Of a stretch of 32,000 nt of DNA, positions 8,188-15,648 are shown one piece after another; position 1 is the first letter of the stretch, and each line of letters opens with the position of its first letter. The DNA comes from Candidatus Altimarinota bacterium. Its GTDB lineage: Bacteria > Patescibacteriota > Gracilibacteria > UBA1369. The stretch is from positions 1-32,000 of the forward strand of contig JBAZYK010000010.1 of the NCBI GenBank assembly GCA_041659405.1, written 5' to 3'. A program made the position numbers and the translations under genes. Under the pieces are notes generated by a model. It ran no database searches and was not told the DNA's origin. It saw only the letters and a list, made by a program, of their open reading frames with translations.

Positions 8188-10218
8188 GTTCATACCACCC
8201 TGGGGCAGCTTAGATTGCCCTACGTTTTCTTCGGTGATGGCTTTTGTTGTTTGATCGATTGAGGTTTGATTATTGGCTTTGCGGTAGGCTTCCAGGGATT
8301 GGCGAATATCGCCGTGGTTAAAGGCAAAGTCGCCGATGAAGTTTAAGATGGAAGTGTTATCGGTAACGCCATCAATAATTTTTCCAAAATAGTTGGTGCG
8401 TTGAATAGGATCATCTCCGTATAAAACACCGAACTTGGCATAATAAAGCCCTGCAAGGCGTGAGTTGTGCCAGTCCATATTCTGCCTGATTCCGCGCATT
8501 GGGAAATCCGTGGTGCTGATTTGGGCATCTTTTTTTAGATTGGCGATAGCCTGCGGATCATTGCTGTAAGCGTAAATGAACTTGTAAGGTATCACCCCAA
8601 TTTTTTCAAATTCCGGTGGAGCCAGATCGATAAAAATAACGGATTTTCCTGTTTCCGTGAGTTTTTGATCAAGAAAACTTTTGGTGATTTCCCCGCTGGA
8701 ATAGTAAATTTCCAGTTGGATATCCGGACGAAGGTCTTCGGTTTTTCGTAGATAATAGAGCGGGAAAGTCATGTCATCACGACCGGTGGAAAGTAAATAA
8801 CCATTCGGCGGAACGCTCATTAAAGCGTTTTTATTAAAGTCGTAAGCAATGTAATTTTTGCTTTCATTGTTTTTGCTGAAGTTTGTGCCGATGGCCGCAA
8901 ACACTGTAATAAAAGCCAAAAAGGTTAAGATTGTTTTGATCTTTTTTACAGGAATTATTTGGATGATGTAGACATACCCAAGGATCATCATGATTCCTAA
9001 AATCAGGATAGCCGGGATCATAAAAGGCCTGGAAGCAAAGTTGTTTGGGTCGTAACTGCTGACAGGAATGTAGATCAAAAGAGCCGATGTGTATGAGGCA
9101 AAAAGCAGGATGATGAATAACGCAAAGCGCCAACTTTTTTTGAAAAGATAGATTAGGCCGGGAATAAAGAAAAAGAGCGGCAGATAAAAATATTCACGGG
9201 TGATGGTTTTTAAAAGTGGGACAAGGCTGGTGTTGTTGTTATTCCAGAGATCGGTGGTTTTGCTGACGATGAAATCTTTTAGGTCAATCAGCCAGGCCGG
9301 TAGGTTTGATTTTGCGATTTCTTGTGTGGCTTCCGGCGTAGTCAGGTTTACCGTGCCGCCATAAATTTTGCGATTCACAAAATCGGAAAAGGCCTGCCAG
9401 TTGTGAAGACTGCCGTGTTCAATAAAGGCGGGATTGTCGTATGGGCCGCCAAAATAGGTTCTTAATGGCAGATAGGCGTAGACGGAAAGTCCCAGCGCAA
9501 AGAGCAAAATGCAAAAGAGGACCAGTTTGTAATCTAAAATTACGCGCCAGTTCCTGATCAAAACAAACAGAATAATTGCGGGGCCCGCCATAACCATTAA
9601 ATGATGATTGGTTAAACTTAGGCCATAGCTTAAAGCGCTTAAATAAAGCCAGCGATCTTCCTGGGTTTCGTGCCAGAGATACAAAAGATAGATCAGTAAA
9701 ATCACGAAAAAAGTGTTCAGCCCATAGACTTCGGCGCGATTTGATTGCGCCCAAAGAATATCGGTAAAGGCAAAAAAGAAGCTGCCGCACATGGAAACCA
9801 GGTCGTTTTTAGTGATTCTTTTAAGGAAAAGAAAAAGAAAAGTGGCTGCCGCTGCCGCAAAAAAGCCGGACATAATATTTACGCGCCAGGCCAAATTGCC
9901 AAACGGGATAATAATGGAAAAAAGTTTGCCTAAAAGTGTGTGAAGCGGGTAACCGGGTGGATGGGCGATATCGAGTTTTACCGCTGCGGCAATGAGTTCT
10001 CCGGAGTCTTCAGTTTGGACGGTGGGAAAAGTTGTGAGAATGTAAACAAACCAGGTCACTGCAAAAACCATGGAAGTGTCCAGATTTTTGTTGAGATTGA
10101 GTTTGTGGGAAATGGCGTGGGGGAGCGCCAGGAGCGTCTTTTTTAGATTGAAGTGATTTTTGACGTAGGTGGACATGGAATTTTTTTTACAGATGCCAAT
10201 AGCTATTTTCAATTTCAT
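8185..10218 (-). CDS. DUF2723 / TMEM260-like GT-C fold glycosyltransferase (PMT/ArnT-like membrane protein) with soluble C-terminal domain
   Basis: N-terminal signature FVYILTTFPTVQTEDSGELIAAAVKLDIAHPPGYPLHTLLGKLF (acidic first-loop motif plus HPPGYPL), followed by more than 10 hydrophobic helices. A soluble helical C-terminus of about 200 aa follows. The start may be Met15 (ATG at 10176). Confidence 0.8.
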   Translation of the reverse strand: MKLKIAIGICKKNSMSTYVKNHFNLKKTLLALPHAISHKLNLNKNLDTSMVFAVTWFVYILTTFPTVQTEDSGELIAAAVKLDIAHPPGYPLHTLLGKLFSIIIPFGNLAWRVNIMSGFFAAAAATFLFLFLKRITKNDLVSMCGSFFFAFTDILWAQSNRAEVYGLNTFFVILLIYLLYLWHETQEDRWLYLSALSYGLSLTNHHLMVMAGPAIILFVLIRNWRVILDYKLVLFCILLFALGLSVYAYLPLRTYFGGPYDNPAFIEHGSLHNWQAFSDFVNRKIYGGTVNLTTPEATQEIAKSNLPAWLIDLKDFIVSKTTDLWNNNNTSLVPLLKTITREYFYLPLFFFIPGLIYLFKKSWRFALFIILLFASYTSALLIYIPVSSYDPNNFASRPFMIPAILILGIMMILGYVYIIQIIPVKKIKTILTFLAFITVFAAIGTNFSKNNESKNYIAYDFNKNALMSVPPNGYLLSTGRDDMTFPLYYLRKTEDLRPDIQLEIYYSSGEITKSFLDQKLTETGKSVIFIDLAPPEFEKIGVIPYKFIYAYSNDPQAIANLKKDAQISTTDFPMRGIRQNMDWHNSRLAGLYYAKFGVLYGDDPIQRTNYFGKIIDGVTDNTSILNFIGDFAFNHGDIRQSLEAYRKANNQTSIDQTTKAITEENVGQSKLPQGGMN

Positions 10219-10275
10219 TTTACGGTTGAATTCAAGAAAAAGCGATATTTGAGAAAAAACTATAGATAGAATCGG

Positions 10276-10304
10276 TTGTCATGCTGAGGTTTTTTGCGTA
10301 AGAT
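10276..10304 (+). promoter_or_regulatory. possible sigma-70-type promoter for the DUF262 gene
   Basis: TTGTCA (10276-10281), 17-nt spacer, TAAGAT (10299-10304), about 65 nt upstream of ATG 10371. Confidence 0.3.
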
Positions 10305-10370
10305 GCAATATATGGGTAATTCCAAAAGAAACAATGCCAGCCAAAAATTAAATAATTAAAACCCAATAAG

Positions 10371-12041
10371 ATGAGTTTATATAGAGACGATACTATAAGT
10401 AAAATAATTGAAGGTGTGAATGAAAAATACCTTTTACCGGATATTCAAAGACCTTTTGTGTGGAAAACCGACCAGATTTATGCACTATTCGACTCCATTA
10501 TGAGAGGTTACCCGATAAATACCTTTTTATTTTGGCAGATAAGTAAAGATTATTTAAGGGATAACAATATCAAAAAGTTCCTTTTTGTTAAAAACAATAA
10601 AGAAGAAAGTATTGAAGACCTAACCTACAGTAATTCCGAATATAATTTGGTTTTGGATGGACAACAAAGAATAACCTCTCTTTTCATTGCTTTAAAAGGG
10701 TCATATTTTGAGAGAAAAAAGGAAAAAGAGTTATTCATGAATGTATTCTCAGGGATCGAAGAAGACGATGACGGTTTATTATATGAGTTTAAATTTTTGG
10801 ATAAAACCAATAAAACTTACTTTTCGGATGGGGATAAACTATGGCTAAACATCAAGAGAATCTATGAATGTAAAAATATAGATAACAAAATGGATATCAG
10901 AGAACAGATTTTCTCAGTTACACAAGAAAATAATGAGAAAAAACTAATAGAAAGGAATATTGATATTCTTTATGACTGTTTAAAGAGTCAGCCAGTACTT
11001 AACTATTTTCCTGAAGAAGAAAAAGACTATGACAAAGTATTGGATATATTTGTAAGGACAAATTCAGGTGGCACTAAACTAACATACTCAGATTTACTAT
11101 TCTCGACCATCAAGCTTAAATGGAGAGAAGCACGGGAAAATTTTCTTCAGTTATTAAAAGACGTAAATGGAGAAGATTTTGATTTTGACACTGATTTTGT
11201 ACTTAAAACTTGCTTTGTTTTCTTTGCGCAAACCCAGATAGACGTGAAGTATAGTAGGAAAAATGTAGATGATGAGAATAAAATAAGACAAATTATAGAT
11301 AATTGGGACAAGATTACAGAATCCATAAAAATAGCACGAGATTTACTGAGTAGAATCAAAATAAATCATTCAAAACTGCTTTCCAGTAATAACGCATTAA
11401 TCCCAATTGCTTATTTTATCTATAAATGGGGATTCAAGTCGTTCGGTGATTCAAATCAGAAAAACGTCATTTCTCCAGAAATTGAAAGTGATCTTAAAAA
11501 CTTCTTATTAGCATCCCTATTAACTGGTTTGTTTGGAGGGCAGGCAGATACAATCCTGTATTCCCTTAAACAGGAGATTGATAAATCTACTAACGAGATA
11601 TTCCCACTGAAAGAAATTAAAGCTTCCTTAATAAAGAGGAATAAATCTTTAGATATAACAGAAGAGTTCTTAGATAGTGTCTATTATCAGGGTAAAAACA
11701 GTTATTTGATTCTAAATATGATATATCCAAATGTAGAATTAACAACAGTTTCGAAGACAAATTTGCCCGAACAGGACCATCTATTTTCTAAAGAAGAATT
11801 AGTCAATAACTCTTATTCTGAAGACGAGATTAATACGATTTATAATCTAAGATATCTGACATCAACAAGTAATAAGAAAAAATCAAAAACCCCTTTTAAT
11901 GAATGGTATTCCTCAATTACCGAAGATGAGAGGAAAATAGCACTAATCCCCTCGGGTAACTGGAATAGCGATAATTATAAAGAATTTATAGAAGCAAGAA
12001 AACAACTTTTTTTGGATAAACTTAAGAATTTATTCAAATAA
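10371..12041 (+). CDS. DUF262-DUF1524 (GmrSD/BrxU/SspE-like) nuclease, candidate type IV restriction enzyme
   Basis: N-terminal DUF262 blocks LLPDIQRPFVWKTDQIYALFDSIMRGYPINTFLFW and LDGQQRITSL (DGQQR motif). C-terminal His-Me-finger-like block EQDHLFSKEEL...INTIYNLRYLTSTSNKKKSKTPF. The gene is visibly more AT-rich than its neighbours. Confidence 0.8.
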   Translation: MSLYRDDTISKIIEGVNEKYLLPDIQRPFVWKTDQIYALFDSIMRGYPINTFLFWQISKDYLRDNNIKKFLFVKNNKEESIEDLTYSNSEYNLVLDGQQRITSLFIALKGSYFERKKEKELFMNVFSGIEEDDDGLLYEFKFLDKTNKTYFSDGDKLWLNIKRIYECKNIDNKMDIREQIFSVTQENNEKKLIERNIDILYDCLKSQPVLNYFPEEEKDYDKVLDIFVRTNSGGTKLTYSDLLFSTIKLKWREARENFLQLLKDVNGEDFDFDTDFVLKTCFVFFAQTQIDVKYSRKNVDDENKIRQIIDNWDKITESIKIARDLLSRIKINHSKLLSSNNALIPIAYFIYKWGFKSFGDSNQKNVISPEIESDLKNFLLASLLTGLFGGQADTILYSLKQEIDKSTNEIFPLKEIKASLIKRNKSLDITEEFLDSVYYQGKNSYLILNMIYPNVELTTVSKTNLPEQDHLFSKEELVNNSYSEDEINTIYNLRYLTSTSNKKKSKTPFNEWYSSITEDERKIALIPSGNWNSDNYKEFIEARKQLFLDKLKNLFK

Positions 12042-12152
12042 ACAACCATGGAAGATTTTTTTAGTACGCGATGTTGATTTGAAGGCTAGGTCATTTATGG
12101 ATTGTATATCATGCCATTTTTGTCTATTATGCAAGCCGATAATTGATTCTAT

Positions 12153-12785
12153 ATGACTGACTCTAAAAAAGATTTAACGGAGCAAGATATCCGTACAAAA
12201 TACATCACTCCTGCCATTAAGAAGGCTGGGTGGGATGAAATGACTCAACTGCGTGAAGAGGTCTATTTTACTAAGGGGCGAATTGATGTAAAAGACAAGC
12301 TGGTTAAGCGCGGAAAAGCTAAAAAGGCTGATTATGTGCTTTATTTTAGAAATAATTTTCCAATTGCCATTGTTGAGGCTAAAGACAACAACCACACAGT
12401 AGGAGACGGAATGCAGCAGGCTATGGAATATGCGGCAACCTTGGACATACCTTTCGCTTATAGTTCAAACGGTGATGGTTTTTTGGAGCATGATTTTTTG
12501 ACTGGAAAAGAAAAGAATTTACAAATGCATGAGATGCCTTCACCCGCAGAGCTTTACGAGCGTTATACCGAAAATTTAAAGATTGATGAACGCACTCAGG
12601 AGGTTATGGCTACTCCATATTATGCCGATGGTTCAGGAAAAACTCCTCGTTATTATCAAGAAATTGCTATTAATAGAGCAATAAAAGCTTTTTCAGAAGG
12701 CCAGAAAAGAATTTTGCTTGTGATGGCAACTGGTACAGGGAAGACGCTTGTTGCGGGCCAAATAATAAAGAAATCGACAGAGTGA
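12153..12785 (+). pseudogene. hsdR: type I restriction enzyme R subunit (hsdR), N-terminal fragment only
   Basis: HsdR_N nuclease region (EQDIRTKYITPAIKKAGW, ADYVLYFRNNFPIAIVEAKD) and helicase motifs Q/I (PRYYQEIAINRAI, LLVMATGTGKT) are present. The ORF stops about 14 codons after Walker A at 210 aa, whereas intact HsdR proteins are roughly 800-1000 aa. Confidence 0.8.
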
Positions 12786-12997
12786 TCAAGAATACGACAG
12801 GGTTTTATGGGAATTTGGAAGGGATCATGGGAGCTGCGGCATTGCCAAGCATTAAAGCTCTTGAACTGCCGAGCGGAGATGATGAGGTTCGGGAGGGGGA
12901 AAAATCAGTTTAATCTTTTAAGAAAGATTTTAGATTTATTTAATGTTTGTGTGCTAATGATAGGTAATCAAATGACTCATCTTTAACTTCTCAAATT

Positions 12998-13867
12998 ATG
13001 ATCAAGGAAAATTCAATCATTATCTTTAATCAAAAAAATATTCGCAGAGATTGGGATGCGGAAAAGGAGATTTGGTATTTTTCAGTTATTGATGTCATTG
13101 AGATTTTAACCGATTCAACCTCTCCTAAACGATATTGGAGTGATCTGAAAATTAAGCTTAAGAATGAAGGAAGTGAAGTGTACGAGAAAATCGTACGGTT
13201 GAAATTAACGGCTCCTGATGGGAAAAAACGTGAGACCGACTGTTTTTCAACAGAAGATTTGTTAAGACTCGTTCAATCCATTCCTTCCCCAAAAGCAGAG
13301 CCTTTCAAGGTATGGCTGGCAAAAGTCGGATATGAACGTATTGAGGAAACTGAAAATCCGGAACTATCGATTGATCGCGCTATGAAGACATATTTACAAA
13401 AGGGCTATTCCAAAGAATGGATCAATCAAAGACTCAAAAGTATTGAAGTTCGTAAGGATTTAACCGATGAGTGGCAAGAAAGAGGTGTAAAAGAAGGACA
13501 AGAATATGCGATTTTGACTGATGAAATTACGCAGGCGTGGGCTGGCATGAGCGTAAAAGAATACAAGGAGTTTAAAAGTCTAAAAAAACAAAATTTGAGG
13601 GATAACATGACAAATCTTGAGCTGGTTTTGAATATGCTAGCCGAAGCTACAACGACCGAAATTTCAAAGAAGAAACAACCAAAAGGTTTTTATGAGAGCC
13701 GCATTATTGCACGAGAGGGGGGTCATATAGCTGGTACTGCGCGCAAAGGAATTGAGAAAAAAACTGGTGAAAGAGTCGTTTCAAGTAAGAATGCAAATGA
13801 CCTATTGCTAGGAATAAGAGCAAAAAAGCAGTTATCCGGAGATTCCGGAAAACTCAAAGATGTTTAG
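12998..13867 (+). CDS. Bro-N / DinD-like DNA-binding protein
   Basis: N-terminus IIIFNQKNIRRDWDAEKEIWYFSVIDVIEILTDSTSPKRYWSDLK resembles the Bro-N fold. The C-terminal half (EWINQRLKSIEVRKDLTDEW...NLRDNMTNLELVLNMLAEATTTEI...AREGGHIAGTARK) matches proteins commonly annotated DNA-damage-inducible protein D-like. Confidence 0.65.
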   Translation: MIKENSIIIFNQKNIRRDWDAEKEIWYFSVIDVIEILTDSTSPKRYWSDLKIKLKNEGSEVYEKIVRLKLTAPDGKKRETDCFSTEDLLRLVQSIPSPKAEPFKVWLAKVGYERIEETENPELSIDRAMKTYLQKGYSKEWINQRLKSIEVRKDLTDEWQERGVKEGQEYAILTDEITQAWAGMSVKEYKEFKSLKKQNLRDNMTNLELVLNMLAEATTTEISKKKQPKGFYESRIIAREGGHIAGTARKGIEKKTGERVVSSKNANDLLLGIRAKKQLSGDSGKLKDV

Positions 13868-14056
13868 AGTAAAATTTAAAAAAGTACTCTATGGCAAAAT
13901 TGCACAGAATATGGACAATGCCAAAACCCTGATGCAAACATTTTTAGCAGAGGCATTTCAAAATTAGCACAGTGTTGGATTTTTAAACATTCCATTGACC
14001 GAAAAAAGAACATTAATATACACTGTAGCTGTTATTGGTTCTTAACATTAATTCCC

Positions 14057-14935
14057 ATGAGATCAAACCTAGACGTAACGCAAATAGGTGAAATTGTGTG
14101 TGCGCTTCGAAAGAAGAAAAATATTTCGCAAGATCAGCTTGCGCAGGCGCTAAATATTCCACGCACTTCAATATCTCAAATTGAGAATGGGGGGCGTGAG
14201 CTTTCTTTTATTGAATTTCAGAAAGTTCTTGTTATATTTGAAATATCTTTCGAGGAATTCACCGCATATGGAAAGCCTTTAAAGAAAGTGGCATCAGCAA
14301 AGAAAAAGGGGATTAATGGGAAGATTAAGTTTGACGCTGAAAAATTTAAACAATTGCTTCTATATATTCTTGGAAAATGTGGTGGTCGCCCAAATGTTGG
14401 GGAAACTGTTCTGTATAAATTACTTTATTTTTGTGATTTTGATTTTTTTGAGTTAAATGAGAGATCTTTAACCGGAATGAAATATAAAAAAATGCAGTTT
14501 GGGCCGATACCGGATCAAACTTTATTTAATCCGGTGATTCAAGAAATGCGGAATAGTGGAATGATAGAAAAAGTCTCACGGCCTTATGTGAATGGCACTA
14601 TCCAGACGCGCTATCTGAATTTTGTGGAAGCCGATTTGCCCGTTTTTTGTGCAGATCTTGATAAAATGAGAAACGTGGCGGATTCGGTCATTGAACGTCT
14701 TTCCGGCATGAGTGCGCGACAAATTGAAGATCATTCACATCGCGATTATCCTTGGCAGGCTCACGAATATGATGAGGAAATTGATTATAGCAGTGTGTTT
14801 TTTAGAAGCGGGGAATTTGCAAATAGAGATTATGATGCGATGTGGGAACAGTCATCGGCCAATGACATATTGGATCAGCTTGGGGAAATGAGTGAGGATG
14901 AACACGAATATTATCTTAAGCTTTTAAATAAATGA
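14057..14935 (+). CDS. XRE-family HTH fused to a Panacea (DUF4065, SocA/PanA-like) domain: putative antitoxin
   Basis: HTH: LRKKKNISQDQLAQALNIPRTSISQIENGGRELS. DUF4065-like: FKQLLLYILGKCGGRPNVGETVLYKLLYFCDFDFFELNERSLTGMKYKKMQFGPIP. The stop overlaps the next gene's start (ATGA at 14932-14935). Confidence 0.8.
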   Translation: MRSNLDVTQIGEIVCALRKKKNISQDQLAQALNIPRTSISQIENGGRELSFIEFQKVLVIFEISFEEFTAYGKPLKKVASAKKKGINGKIKFDAEKFKQLLLYILGKCGGRPNVGETVLYKLLYFCDFDFFELNERSLTGMKYKKMQFGPIPDQTLFNPVIQEMRNSGMIEKVSRPYVNGTIQTRYLNFVEADLPVFCADLDKMRNVADSVIERLSGMSARQIEDHSHRDYPWQAHEYDEEIDYSSVFFRSGEFANRDYDAMWEQSSANDILDQLGEMSEDEHEYYLKLLNK

Positions 14936-15279
14936 CCGATTTTAAGACAGGAGATGTTTTCCTGGTAAATTTTGATCCATCCATTGGGCACGAATATAAG
15001 AAAATTCGTCCTGCTGTTGTGATCCAATCGGCAAAAACGATTAAGAGTAGCGCTTTGATTACGATTATGCCTATTACATCACAGCTTTCAAATTGCCAAA
15101 AAGAAGATATTAAAATAAAGAAAAGTACAGTAAATGGCTTGTATGTGGACTCATTGGTGAAGGTTGGTTGTATCCACAGTTTTGACAGAAAAAGATTTCT
15201 GAAAAAAATTGGCGATATTCCGGAAGAGGCAATGACCAGGATAATCGCGTATTTATGTGTTCATTTTAATATAAAATAA
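14932..15279 (+). CDS. mazF: MazF/PemK-family endoribonuclease toxin
   Basis: GDVFLVNFDPSIGHEYKKIRPAVVIQS, ITIMPITSQ and IHSFDRKRFLKKIGDIPEEAMTRI match the PemK/MazF SH3-like barrel pattern. 115 aa. Confidence 0.85.
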   Translation: MTDFKTGDVFLVNFDPSIGHEYKKIRPAVVIQSAKTIKSSALITIMPITSQLSNCQKEDIKIKKSTVNGLYVDSLVKVGCIHSFDRKRFLKKIGDIPEEAMTRIIAYLCVHFNIK

Positions 15280-15305
15280 AATGGAGATGGAGTGGGGGAT
15301 AAGGA

Positions 15306-15328
15306 GTTCGCTTTGCGAACGTTTTGTT
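15306..15328 (+). terminator. intrinsic terminator candidate after mazF
   Basis: GTTCGC-TTT-GCGAAC perfect 6-bp stem (15306-15320) followed by GTTTTGTT. Confidence 0.45.
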
Positions 15329-15379
15329 GCTATGCCCCGCCTTGGCGGGGCGCGGACATTCACCTTCGGTTCATGTCTG
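15327..15379. repeat. 53-bp GC-rich repeat, copy A (3' flank of tRNA-Pro)
   Basis: TTGCTATGCCCCGCCTTGGCGGGGCGCGGACATTCACCTTCGGTTCATGTCTG. 50/53 identical to copy B. Contains the hairpin GCCCCGCC-TT-GGCGGGGC. Confidence 0.9.
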
Positions 15380-15380
15380 T

Positions 15381-15456
15381 TGGTCGGAGTGGCGGGACTC
15401 GAACCCACGACCTCAGCGTCCCGAACGCTGCGCGCTACCAACTGCGCTACACTCCG
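15381..15456 (-). tRNA. tRNA-Pro (anticodon CGG), CCA encoded
   Basis: Hand-folded cloverleaf from the reverse complement: CGGAGTG TA GCGC AGTTGGTA GCGC G CAGCG TTCGGGA CGCTG AGGTC GTGGG TTCGAGT CCCGC CACTCCG A CCA. U33, anticodon CGG, G37. Confidence 0.95.
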
Positions 15457-15483
15457 CAATTGTTGGCTGATTTAATTTTTTTA

Positions 15484-15536
15484 TTGCTATGCCCCGCCAA
15501 GGCGGGGCGCGGACATTCACTTTCGGTTCATGTCTG
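15484..15536. repeat. 53-bp GC-rich repeat, copy B (5' flank of tRNA-Pro)
   Basis: TTGCTATGCCCCGCCAAGGCGGGGCGCGGACATTCACTTTCGGTTCATGTCTG. Differs from copy A only at TT>AA in the hairpin centre and one C>T. Confidence 0.9.
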
Positions 15537-15544
15537 CATGTCTG

Positions 15545-15553
15545 ATTTTACCA
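15545..15553 (-). promoter_or_regulatory. possible extended -10 element for tRNA-Pro(CGG) transcription
   Basis: The minus strand reads TGGTAAAAT (TGn + TAAAAT). If used, repeat copy B would lie in the tRNA 5' leader. Confidence 0.3.
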
Positions 15554-15648
15554 TGTAATTTTTTTTTGCTGAATAACTTTCAAAAACTTTAATTTTTGGG
15601 TACAATTCGGGGGCTTATTTATGACCCTGATTAGATATTAAATTGTTC

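Noticed and set aside
10219-15380. Annotating the islet as a mobile_element feature
   Set aside because: No integrase, transposase, recombinase or terminal/att repeats are visible. It is reported as a finding (eroded island hypothesis) rather than a feature.
15253-15558. ORFs 15253..15459 (-), 15281..15475 (+) and 15292..15558 (+)
   Set aside because: They run through tRNA-Pro(CGG) and the GC-rich flanking repeats. The open frames are a by-product of local GC-richness.
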